A stretch of DNA of 64,000 bases from a virus (lineage: Duplodnaviria > Caudoviricetes): the IMG/VR virus record IMGVR_UViG_3300010167_000013. One strand, written 5' to 3'. Position numbers and translations under genes: made by a program. This document shows positions 56,256 through 64,000 of the stretch, one piece after another (the stretch's first letter is position 1; each line of letters starts with the position of its first letter). The notes under the pieces are model-generated. The model was not told where the DNA came from. It made no database searches and saw only the letters and a program-made list of their open reading frames with translations.

Positions 56256-59200
56256 TTAGCTGAGAGAGTCTTTCCACATTACCACTTTATTTGGATCTGG
56301 TGCAATTCCTTTATCGAACGATACCATAGTAGATACATCGATATCTCCAGGAGTACCAGGAGTCCATCCTCCACCTTCTCCAGGAGTCATATACTCTGCT
56401 ATCATTTGCATGATAGTTTCTCTGACCCATTTGGTATCTGGAATCTGCCTATTGTCTGCCATTGGACTAGGTCTTACACTGACAGTTGGAGTTCCATGCA
56501 AGTTAAGATTATGAACCAACTTCTCAGAAGTTATCGTGTCATTGGCAATGAAGTCTCCAGTGACCATCAGATACTCTGGGGGAGCATTTGGTTTAGTGGC
56601 ACCTAGTACTCGATATGAATAGTTACTCCTGAACAGTTTATCCTTGGTGACTGCAAGATCTTCTATCATATCAGTTGTAACCTGCAGCCAATCTGGATCA
56701 ACATCCAACACTGATGTTACAGCCAATACTCTGTTTGGCACCGTAGATGTGAATAACTCTGTGCCGCCAACAGCTCTTGGGGCAATATTATTTGACCTAA
56801 TAGTCCAGTCCATTATGTGGTTATGATGAACCGTCTTATCCTGCAAATGTTCGGCCCATACAGATCCTTCTTTGAGCTGAAGTCTATCTATAGTTCTGGT
56901 CTGTATCATTTCTCCAGTTACTTGCAACCATGCTGGATCTGTTCCAAACAATGGATTTACAGCAAGCACCCTATATGGGAATGAAGAAGTAAACATGTTA
57001 GTCCCATTTACCGCTCTACTGGCTATCATACTACTAGTGACCTGAGTCCAAGTAGGATCAGTATTGGATCCAACAACAGCCATTACCCTATTTGCTGTAG
57101 ATGAACTTTGTAATTTATTTGCTGGGATGGAACGATTTTCAATATGATTTCCAGCAATGATATTATCTAGAAGCATTTGTTTATTGATCCTGGTGTAGAT
57201 CGGATTACCATCATCTTCTACGGCAGCAAGAACTCTATTTCCATCCTTTGACTTCCACATCTTAGCAGAAGTAACTGCATCATTTACTATGTTATTTGTT
57301 TGAACGATGTTATTCGTGAGGTGTCTAGATAGAATAGCTCCATCTGATATCTTGTCTGCAGTAACACTCAAATCCGTCAGATGGGGTGTGTTTACAGAAT
57401 TAAGACCCATCATCGAAGTGTTTACTGTACCCCAAGCAGGATCACCATTTGCAGTGTAGACGCCAAGTATTCTGTTTGGAGTAGGTGATGTGAATAGAGC
57501 TTTCCCATCTACAGACCTTGGAGCAATATTCTCTGCGCTTATCTCAATAGCATCAAGCTGATCTTTCACCCACTTAGTATCGGGTATTTGGTTATTGCTA
57601 GAGACGGATGCAGGCCTGATACCTATCTTGGGGGTTCCTGGCAGAAGTATATCATCTTCAATTTTCACACTTGTTACACTCTTCGTTGCCAGCTTATCTG
57701 CGCTAATAGCTAACGGGGCTATCTTAATCCCAGTAACAGACAGATCGTTCATCTTATCGGTTGTCACAGATAGATCTTCTAGTTTCCCAGTTGTCACATT
57801 GAGATCCATGATATTATTAGTTCTCACAGCACCATGTGAAATCATGTCACTATTGACTTGCATCCAGATGGGATCTGATCCTACTGCATTTACTCCAAGC
57901 ACTCTATTCGCAACAGAAGATGAGAATAACTTTTTCCCAGTAACTGCTCTGTCGGCTAGCTTAGTGGTAGTTACAGATAGCCCTTCTAGCTTCTCAGTAG
58001 TAATACTATCGTCTGCCAATTTAATTGTAGTGATAGATAGATCTTTGATCTTGGTTGTGGTAACAGAATTAGTAGCAAGTATTCGTTCAATAACTGCACC
58101 GCTAGAAATAAGATCTTCCGTGATACTTCCAGAATTAATTGTGGCACTGATGATCTGCTCTCCAGTGATTTGATCCCCGTCTACCACAAGAGTGATATTT
58201 GTTTCCACACTACCCAAGTATCTGATGAATAAATCCTTCAGATCAACTCTCTGGTCACTACCGCTGAGTTTAGTCAATACAAACTCTTTGGTCATACTAT
58301 CATAGTGAGCGTCATATATTAATCCATTGATTGGAATGAATAACGTGATAATACTTCCATCCTTCAAGTCAAGTGTTAGATTACCAGACGTTTGATTGTA
58401 GGATGCACCAACAACAAAATTAGTGTCACCTAGATCAGTACTAATGTTGTTGATAATCGAATTGACTATATCTAACGCTGCTTGAGTTTTATCTGATATT
58501 GGCTTGTCTAAATCGGATGTGTTGTCAACATTACCTAATCCAACCTGAACCTTCGACACTTGATGAGGGTTATCATAATTATCTGTGTGAAATTCAAATG
58601 CATCACTACTGACACCATTCAGCTGTGATAGAGTTACTGCATGTGGATTATCAAAATTACTGAGATGATTGCCAAGTTTTGTTGATGTGATAATCAGGTC
58701 ACCTTGGACATCACTTTCTAAATTATCTATTCTATCCGTGATGATATCGATAGCCTCTGTAGTAGCTTTCTGTGTCATGAAACCATCATCATTCAGTCCA
58801 AGATCCTGATAAGTCTCTGGACGTCCGACAATATCTACCCATCTTATCTTCATTCCAGAATCCGGATCGATGCTTCCATCCTCGTCTATTATCCCAAGCT
58901 TGACTAGTAATTCTCCAATAGCTTTTTCAGTTGGAATTTTGGAATGACTTTGAGATGAAGGATCGGATGGAATACTTTTACTGATCTGGATAGCCCCAAC
59001 AGCACCTGGGCTTCCGGCAAATGTCATCAGATAGTTAGCAGGTTTTGCTGCAAATATCGGTTGTTTTATTTCTAACTCTTTGTGGATATGATCAAGGATT
59101 TCTTCCAGAGTTATAGAGTCTTCCTTGTTCATTTCAGCTCTAACCGCTTTGAACACAGTAATAGGAAATGTTTCCTTGAAGTTTAGATTTGGAGGAGGTG

Positions 59201-59261
59201 GAGCTTTTGGATCGTCCCAAGTCCTACTCTGAATAATTTCTCTGCCTATCAGTGCACCCAT
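56256..59261 (-). CDS. long tail-fibre-like repeat protein
   Basis: NPHxV and VGLGNVDNTSDLDKPIS; 10-aa SVTTxKIxDx repeats; about seven NRVLxV...DPxWxQV knots. Confidence 0.75.
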   Translation of the reverse strand: MGALIGREIIQSRTWDDPKAPPPPNLNFKETFPITVFKAVRAEMNKEDSITLEEILDHIHKELEIKQPIFAAKPANYLMTFAGSPGAVGAIQISKSIPSDPSSQSHSKIPTEKAIGELLVKLGIIDEDGSIDPDSGMKIRWVDIVGRPETYQDLGLNDDGFMTQKATTEAIDIITDRIDNLESDVQGDLIITSTKLGNHLSNFDNPHAVTLSQLNGVSSDAFEFHTDNYDNPHQVSKVQVGLGNVDNTSDLDKPISDKTQAALDIVNSIINNISTDLGDTNFVVGASYNQTSGNLTLDLKDGSIITLFIPINGLIYDAHYDSMTKEFVLTKLSGSDQRVDLKDLFIRYLGSVETNITLVVDGDQITGEQIISATINSGSITEDLISSGAVIERILATNSVTTTKIKDLSITTIKLADDSITTEKLEGLSVTTTKLADRAVTGKKLFSSSVANRVLGVNAVGSDPIWMQVNSDMISHGAVRTNNIMDLNVTTGKLEDLSVTTDKMNDLSVTGIKIAPLAISADKLATKSVTSVKIEDDILLPGTPKIGIRPASVSSNNQIPDTKWVKDQLDAIEISAENIAPRSVDGKALFTSPTPNRILGVYTANGDPAWGTVNTSMMGLNSVNTPHLTDLSVTADKISDGAILSRHLTNNIVQTNNIVNDAVTSAKMWKSKDGNRVLAAVEDDGNPIYTRINKQMLLDNIIAGNHIENRSIPANKLQSSSTANRVMAVVGSNTDPTWTQVTSSMIASRAVNGTNMFTSSFPYRVLAVNPLFGTDPAWLQVTGEMIQTRTIDRLQLKEGSVWAEHLQDKTVHHNHIMDWTIRSNNIAPRAVGGTELFTSTVPNRVLAVTSVLDVDPDWLQVTTDMIEDLAVTKDKLFRSNYSYRVLGATKPNAPPEYLMVTGDFIANDTITSEKLVHNLNLHGTPTVSVRPSPMADNRQIPDTKWVRETIMQMIAEYMTPGEGGGWTPGTPGDIDVSTMVSFDKGIAPDPNKVVMWKDSLS

Positions 59262-59307
59262 TTATATTTCACCCCTTGGTAATCAATATTGATTTAAGAA
59301 GAGGTTC

Positions 59308-59335
59308 GGTAGTAGGGGAAAGCTCCCCTACTACC
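59308..59335 (-). terminator. terminator hairpin after the rSAM operon
   Basis: GGTAGTAGGGGA-aagc-TCCCCTACTACC. Confidence 0.7.
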
Positions 59336-59342
59336 AGTATGA

Positions 59343-59498
59343 TTACTCAGATTCCCCTTCACGTATTTCAACTTTGGTGTCTTTGAGTTTGGCTGCTACA
59401 TCCGACTTGAGATCTTCTGGCACATCCTCGATCGTCTTGACCTTTCGTTTGATCAACTTGGCAAATAGATTGCTGAGCGCGTTATCTGTACTCTTCAT
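59343..59498 (-). CDS. CD1375-like small protein (51 aa, not in ORF track)
   Basis: LFAKLIKRKVKTIEDVPEDLKSDV, a pattern of tail-fibre-associated small proteins. Confidence 0.7.
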   Translation of the reverse strand: MKSTDNALSNLFAKLIKRKVKTIEDVPEDLKSDVAAKLKDTKVEIREGESE

Positions 59499-59546
59499 TC
59501 TTATTCATCTCCATTCTTATTGTGCATTATACCTTAGTGTTTCAAA

Positions 59547-60113
59547 TCAAGGAAGAATTGGATTGACGAATAATTTATTATAAAAACCTATGTGTTTTGA
59601 GGATACAACAAGTTTTTGGTTATCACATTTATAAATATAAGGTCTGATGTTGAATACCCAACATCTCTTCATGAATGCTAGTAGTAAATCATCAGTGGTA
59701 TCCTCAGATATGTTGATGTGGATTGTACTCATTGCTCTGTGGAGCATTCTCACATATGCCAATGAGTTCAATTCGATATATGGTATCCAATGATTATGAT
59801 GCTCCATGTATCTATCATTTGTATCTGGATTGTACAAGATATTTACATTTGTGTCAGCGACCAGTTCTCGAATCTTACTTCCAGGATAATGTCTCAAGAT
59901 ATGCATATCGATGTAGAGATCGACACATACATCTGGACAATGTATACTACTCATCGATATCAGTTCAATTGCATCAAGTGCAGCACGTTGATTCAACTCG
60001 ATTAGTGATATCTCTAGTGTGTATTTCCCCTTAGTGTGTTTTGTTCTATATCTATACCCAAATAGGTTCTGAAGTTGATTCTTGTAGGAATCCTGATGTA
60101 AAGTTAGCATCAT
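59547..60113 (-). CDS. hypothetical protein in the rSAM operon
   Basis: 188 aa; ATGA-coupled. Confidence 0.65.
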   Translation of the reverse strand: MMLTLHQDSYKNQLQNLFGYRYRTKHTKGKYTLEISLIELNQRAALDAIELISMSSIHCPDVCVDLYIDMHILRHYPGSKIRELVADTNVNILYNPDTNDRYMEHHNHWIPYIELNSLAYVRMLHRAMSTIHINISEDTTDDLLLAFMKRCWVFNIRPYIYKCDNQKLVVSSKHIGFYNKLFVNPILP

Positions 60114-60457
60114 CTATCCTCCCCATACATAAATATACTAATCACTAAGTTGTCGTCCAGTATGTGTGGTTCTGGAGGAAGGTTATTGTGTGTCTTAGAT
60201 CTACCGAACTTGTTGTGGTGGTACAACCTCACACAATTTCTGATGATATCATTTCCATACTTTGTGTCATTGATATATGCTAATTCATTGATGGTGAGTA
60301 AGGTTTCTCCGTCATAACTATTGAGGTCCTTCATCGTGACAATGTAATCAATAACAGTGGCTAGGACTTCTTCAGTGGTTCCGAATTCTCTGAATTGATT
60401 TACCAGATCTAGTGAGAGTTTCTTATCCAGTGTAGATTGATTTACTGACATTCGCAA
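60110..60457 (-). CDS. hypothetical protein in the rSAM operon
   Basis: 115 aa; overlaps the rSAM stop. Confidence 0.65.
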   Translation of the reverse strand: MRMSVNQSTLDKKLSLDLVNQFREFGTTEEVLATVIDYIVTMKDLNSYDGETLLTINELAYINDTKYGNDIIRNCVRLYHHNKFGRSKTHNNLPPEPHILDDNLVISIFMYGEDR

Positions 60458-61773
60458 CCAACCTCCCCTAGATCCAAATATGCATTTATCAAATAATCAC
60501 GGTAGGTATCTCCCTTATTTTTGATTAGTGCATCAAGTATTCCTAGTTCATCATAGTACTCATACAAGAATTTGAACTTGGATTGATATAATTTGCATAC
60601 TGATTCCACTGGCATGAATACTTCCTTGTTGGTCTCATAGTTGGAACCTAGGCAACCTTTTGTACAGAACGATTTGATTGGACATGAATAGCACTTCAGC
60701 TGAAATGCTGCTGGAAGAGATTTGATCGATAGATACTGTGTCACAAATTCCCCTTCGATATCAATAATCTTTTCTTGGTTTTCATCCAAGATAAACCTAC
60801 CAGCTATGAATTCTGGATACATCAATCGGTGACATGGAACTACAGTTAGGTCTGCCATTCTGACAGCTATTGATTTCTGAATGCTGCATGATATTGCATC
60901 GTCGTATCTTTTATTGGCATTTCTAAGAATCAATGCAGTAATGTCTTCTGGTCCATTCACTAAGTTATCAACATATCTCTTAGCATCGTAGTCAAAATAT
61001 TCCATCTTTTTGTCTATCATATGTTTCAGAAAGTTGATATAGTGAGCGATGGATTCCTCTGTCCATCCATCGTTCCTTACTTCCAACATATTTAGTTTGA
61101 ATTTCTCCCCATGATCACCGAGCATTTCGATGAACCAATCCCAGTTGTCAGGCCATTCCTCAATATTGTTATGATGCACCATCGCATGAAAGCTATAATT
61201 ATACTTCCTTGCAAATGCCATGAGTTTCTCGTAGTACTCATCGCCTCTGGACTGATTCTTACTCTTGTATGGTCTATTACATTCCATGAACTTCCCGTCA
61301 TCAGAGATAGATAGATATACTCGTTTACTGGTATCAATGAACTTCTCAACGATATCTTCGACTCTTCTTGTCTTCTCATCATCCAGGATAAAAGAATAGT
61401 TTGTTGGAATATCAACATACTGGAACAGAGTTGGGCACTCTATCATTTTCTGGTGAACTAGATCTAGTACCTGGAATCCTATTTCTTGAGAAAATATTTC
61501 TCCAGAGAAAAGGGACAACCTACCTTGGTACTCATTCTCTATCAAGAAGTCTAAAAATATTTCAGTATTCCTCAGAATGCTTTCACCGTTCTCAAATACA
61601 GATGATGGATACAGTTGATGCCCATATCTATGCATGTAACAGTAGGTGCATGCCTGATCACATTCTGGTGATAGTATGAGTTCAATGGATGGGATTGAAT
61701 TATTAGCCCCACTGAGACCTCTCATCAGATAACTCTTCAAGAGCAAATCATTTTCCTTCTGATATGATATCAT
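60442..61773 (-). CDS. radical SAM/SPASM protein
   Basis: CDQACTYC; FSGE; SPASM-like C...PCHR...CYSC..C...C...C. Confidence 0.9.
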   Translation of the reverse strand: MISYQKENDLLLKSYLMRGLSGANNSIPSIELILSPECDQACTYCYMHRYGHQLYPSSVFENGESILRNTEIFLDFLIENEYQGRLSLFSGEIFSQEIGFQVLDLVHQKMIECPTLFQYVDIPTNYSFILDDEKTRRVEDIVEKFIDTSKRVYLSISDDGKFMECNRPYKSKNQSRGDEYYEKLMAFARKYNYSFHAMVHHNNIEEWPDNWDWFIEMLGDHGEKFKLNMLEVRNDGWTEESIAHYINFLKHMIDKKMEYFDYDAKRYVDNLVNGPEDITALILRNANKRYDDAISCSIQKSIAVRMADLTVVPCHRLMYPEFIAGRFILDENQEKIIDIEGEFVTQYLSIKSLPAAFQLKCYSCPIKSFCTKGCLGSNYETNKEVFMPVESVCKLYQSKFKFLYEYYDELGILDALIKNKGDTYRDYLINAYLDLGEVGCECQ

Positions 61774-63293
61774 GCGAACATCTCCTTCTTACTATCTCTG
61801 AGGTGTCTTTCGTACAGTAATTCAAATGTTCCATTCAACAATAACTTAGCCATTGACGTATCGGGAACAAGGAAATGATTTGTTATCTGCAAATTATGAA
61901 TTATGCATTCATTGATCCTCTTGAGGAATATAACAGCTCTATTCCTCATCTTCTTGCTATTCTTGAACATTGGACTTATTTGACCAGCCTGTGCTAATTC
62001 ATAGACTAGTGCCGAGATAGCTGAGAATGTTATTAATGCTCCTGCTCTGGTGGCATATGCCTCCATATTTTTTACCTTGGCAACATTCTCTGGAGAGGTA
62101 TCATTGATATTTAGCGATAGTAGATTTGAATTTCTTTCAAACATATATTTTGAATTGCGTTGCTTCGGAACTACCTTTCGATCAAAGATTGTACCTTCTA
62201 TCTTGCTATTCACAAGTGAATCTTCGTAGAACTTTGTGCTCAACATCCCAGTAGTCTTTGAACATACCCCATATGTTTTCCCATCGGGATGGAGTCCAAT
62301 GGTACTATACCCTCCGGAGCAACAACTATATCCAACATTATCAATGGTGGTATTCGGGTTTTCCATTTGATCGTATATTGTAGGGAATTCTTGGTCTAAC
62401 CATAGCATGGTATCATACAATGGTAAGAACAGCTGATCCCTATTTCTATCACTAATATCAAGTACCATCTTGACGAACTCAGCTAACTTCTTACCATCTT
62501 CTTGAGTGTATTCCCCAGGAGCAACAAAGTTTGGGATAGACATCATTTGAATATCTAAATTATTGGATGTTGGTATGTTATTCAATCCAACATGTAGATC
62601 CTCAAAGAACTTGTAGTATTTTATCACGGATTCTTCATCTACTAAAACATTTGTTATTGTGTCCATACATAGTGTAGATTTCGCGATTATTGATACACCA
62701 ACATTTCCTGGAACACTTGAGTCCAATAGATATACAAGAGGTTTGAGATTATTGACCACGGTCTCAGTTACCCCTGATTTCTGATTTGATATGAACAGTC
62801 TATGACGATCTGTTACCTCGGATGGTCCGTCAAGTGACACCTGAATATGGACATGAAACTCTCTGTTCATATCCTTGTATCTGTAGTTCTTCATTATGTC
62901 AACAAATCTACCTAATTCAGTAATATTGGTGGTGAGGTTAGTGAGAAGGGTAAAGTGATACAGATTCGGAAACTCATCCAAGTAGGTATCTAATTTGTCA
63001 TTGAGTAGGGACAGATTAAGGAGTAATTCTCCTCCAGTAATATATAGCTGGGTGAGGTGATGTCTGTTCTCTCCATAAATCTTCTTCAATGATTCAAGGA
63101 GGATATTCTCCTTCAGAGCTTTCCTGACTACTTTGTCGTAGTCAAAGATTGCTTTGTTTTTGTGAATGTAGCAATAATCGCACTTCAAGTTACATTTAGT
63201 GCTCAACGCAATGTGAACTACATTTGGTTCAATCATTAGAATGCCTCTTTTCTTTTCTACCATCCGATTACTAGTAATTAATGACATACTCAC
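61770..63293 (-). CDS. radical SAM protein with reduced auxiliary-cluster region
   Basis: CNLKCDYC; TGGE; SLDGP...D..R; CCSGG...GVC; start may be the ATG at 63236. Confidence 0.88.
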   Translation of the reverse strand: MSMSLITSNRMVEKKRGILMIEPNVVHIALSTKCNLKCDYCYIHKNKAIFDYDKVVRKALKENILLESLKKIYGENRHHLTQLYITGGELLLNLSLLNDKLDTYLDEFPNLYHFTLLTNLTTNITELGRFVDIMKNYRYKDMNREFHVHIQVSLDGPSEVTDRHRLFISNQKSGVTETVVNNLKPLVYLLDSSVPGNVGVSIIAKSTLCMDTITNVLVDEESVIKYYKFFEDLHVGLNNIPTSNNLDIQMMSIPNFVAPGEYTQEDGKKLAEFVKMVLDISDRNRDQLFLPLYDTMLWLDQEFPTIYDQMENPNTTIDNVGYSCCSGGYSTIGLHPDGKTYGVCSKTTGMLSTKFYEDSLVNSKIEGTIFDRKVVPKQRNSKYMFERNSNLLSLNINDTSPENVAKVKNMEAYATRAGALITFSAISALVYELAQAGQISPMFKNSKKMRNRAVIFLKRINECIIHNLQITNHFLVPDTSMAKLLLNGTFELLYERHLRDSKKEMFA

Positions 63294-63391
63294 AGTATTT
63301 TCCTGATGGTTGAAATTTTATATCATTGGTCTACCATCACGAGGAATTTATACTGATACATAATATTCAACCTAATGAGGGAGTGATAATA

Positions 63392-63913
63392 ATGGATCTC
63401 ACCACCAGTTACTACAGCGCTAGCTACCATGTGTTCAGAGCCGGATTCGTATCATTGATAAATGATCGAGAAGCTTTCATGCAACATTACCATGAGAACT
63501 CAGCTCACATGCATAGAACCATGAGAGAAGATTTGGCAAAGATGCTTTGCTACAGTAAGATCTTTGTTAACAAGAGTGATGAGGAATTACCGTTGCTGAA
63601 GGAGTACCTGGATGTAATTCTAGACCATCCAGGTAGATCAAAGTATTACTATGACAAGTTTATTTTCGACAGGAAGTTTGGTAGCAGGTCTATATCTGAG
63701 AACATAGCTGAGATCGAGAAGCTGATCGAAGAAACCAGTAAACTTGATGAACCTCTGTACGATATATTTCTTCATGAAATATTGATGGGTTTATTGTTGG
63801 AAAGTGGAGACACCGAGAAGATCAGGAAAAACAAAGACAAGAAAAAAGAGTTTAGATCCAATGTTCAGAAAAGATCATTCGACAGAAGATACGTACCGAC
63901 ATCAAAAAAATAG
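63392..63913 (+). CDS. hypothetical helical protein
   Basis: GGGAG RBS before ATG 63392. Confidence 0.65.
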   Translation: MDLTTSYYSASYHVFRAGFVSLINDREAFMQHYHENSAHMHRTMREDLAKMLCYSKIFVNKSDEELPLLKEYLDVILDHPGRSKYYYDKFIFDRKFGSRSISENIAEIEKLIEETSKLDEPLYDIFLHEILMGLLLESGDTEKIRKNKDKKKEFRSNVQKRSFDRRYVPTSKK

Positions 63914-63927
63914 GAGGTTGATTACTA

Positions 63928-64000
63928 ATGTTATCTGATGTAGAAAGCAAACAAATGATCAATAGCCTGATATTATTGTTTGACAATGAGACAGAGTTCA
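63928..64000 (+). CDS. 5' end of a gene running off the window
   Basis: AGGAGG RBS, MLSDVESKQMINSLILLFDNETEF... Confidence 0.55.
   Translation, partial: MLSDVESKQMINSLILLFDNETEF

Noticed and set aside
9560-59300. Late promoter motif AAC-N6-8-TAA upstream of structural genes
   Set aside because: Seen loosely before several genes, but spacing is variable and such matches are expected by chance in AT-rich DNA; needs motif statistics
1-64000. Alternative genetic code or selenocysteine recoding
   Set aside because: Very long ORFs are open in the standard code, TAA/TAG/TGA all end genes at sensible places, and the Cys-rich tract has no in-frame TGA
1-64000. CRISPR array, tRNA or rRNA genes
   Set aside because: No regularly spaced repeat-spacer array or cloverleaf was seen; intergenic gaps are short and explained by promoters and terminators

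Overview
This 64 kb window is a gene-dense, AT-rich segment of a jumbo (phiKZ/AR9-like) tailed phage read in the standard genetic code. Strong GGAGG Shine-Dalgarno sites, XkdX/CD1375-type tail-fibre chaperones and oxygen-sensitive radical SAM enzymes suggest an anaerobic Bacillota host (inference). It encodes large virion and tail-fibre proteins, a PhuZ/FtsZ-like tubulin next to a BCS1-like AAA+ ATPase, primase, a 5'-3' exonuclease, UNG, a dUTPase/MazG-like protein, PurC, bactofilin and a DUF4160/DUF2442 pair. It also has about 13 copies of an AATTATATATT(C/A)T promoter-like motif and many palindromic terminators. Four things stand out. (1) A tail-fibre-linked CXXX-repeat radical SAM system: three rSAM enzymes, an accessory protein and a ~920-940 aa target carrying ~89 Cys in CxxxC register. 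(2) Four inteins in that system: one splits the CxxxCxxC motif, two are fused directly back-to-back with no extein between them, and one sits in the putative substrate. (3) A TnpA-less, catalytically intact TnpB inserted in the middle of the phage promoter motif, with a ~60 nt omegaRNA-like scaffold whose guide matches the empty promoter. (4) Two candidate structured RNAs. Family assignments come from motif recognition by eye; no database searches were run.
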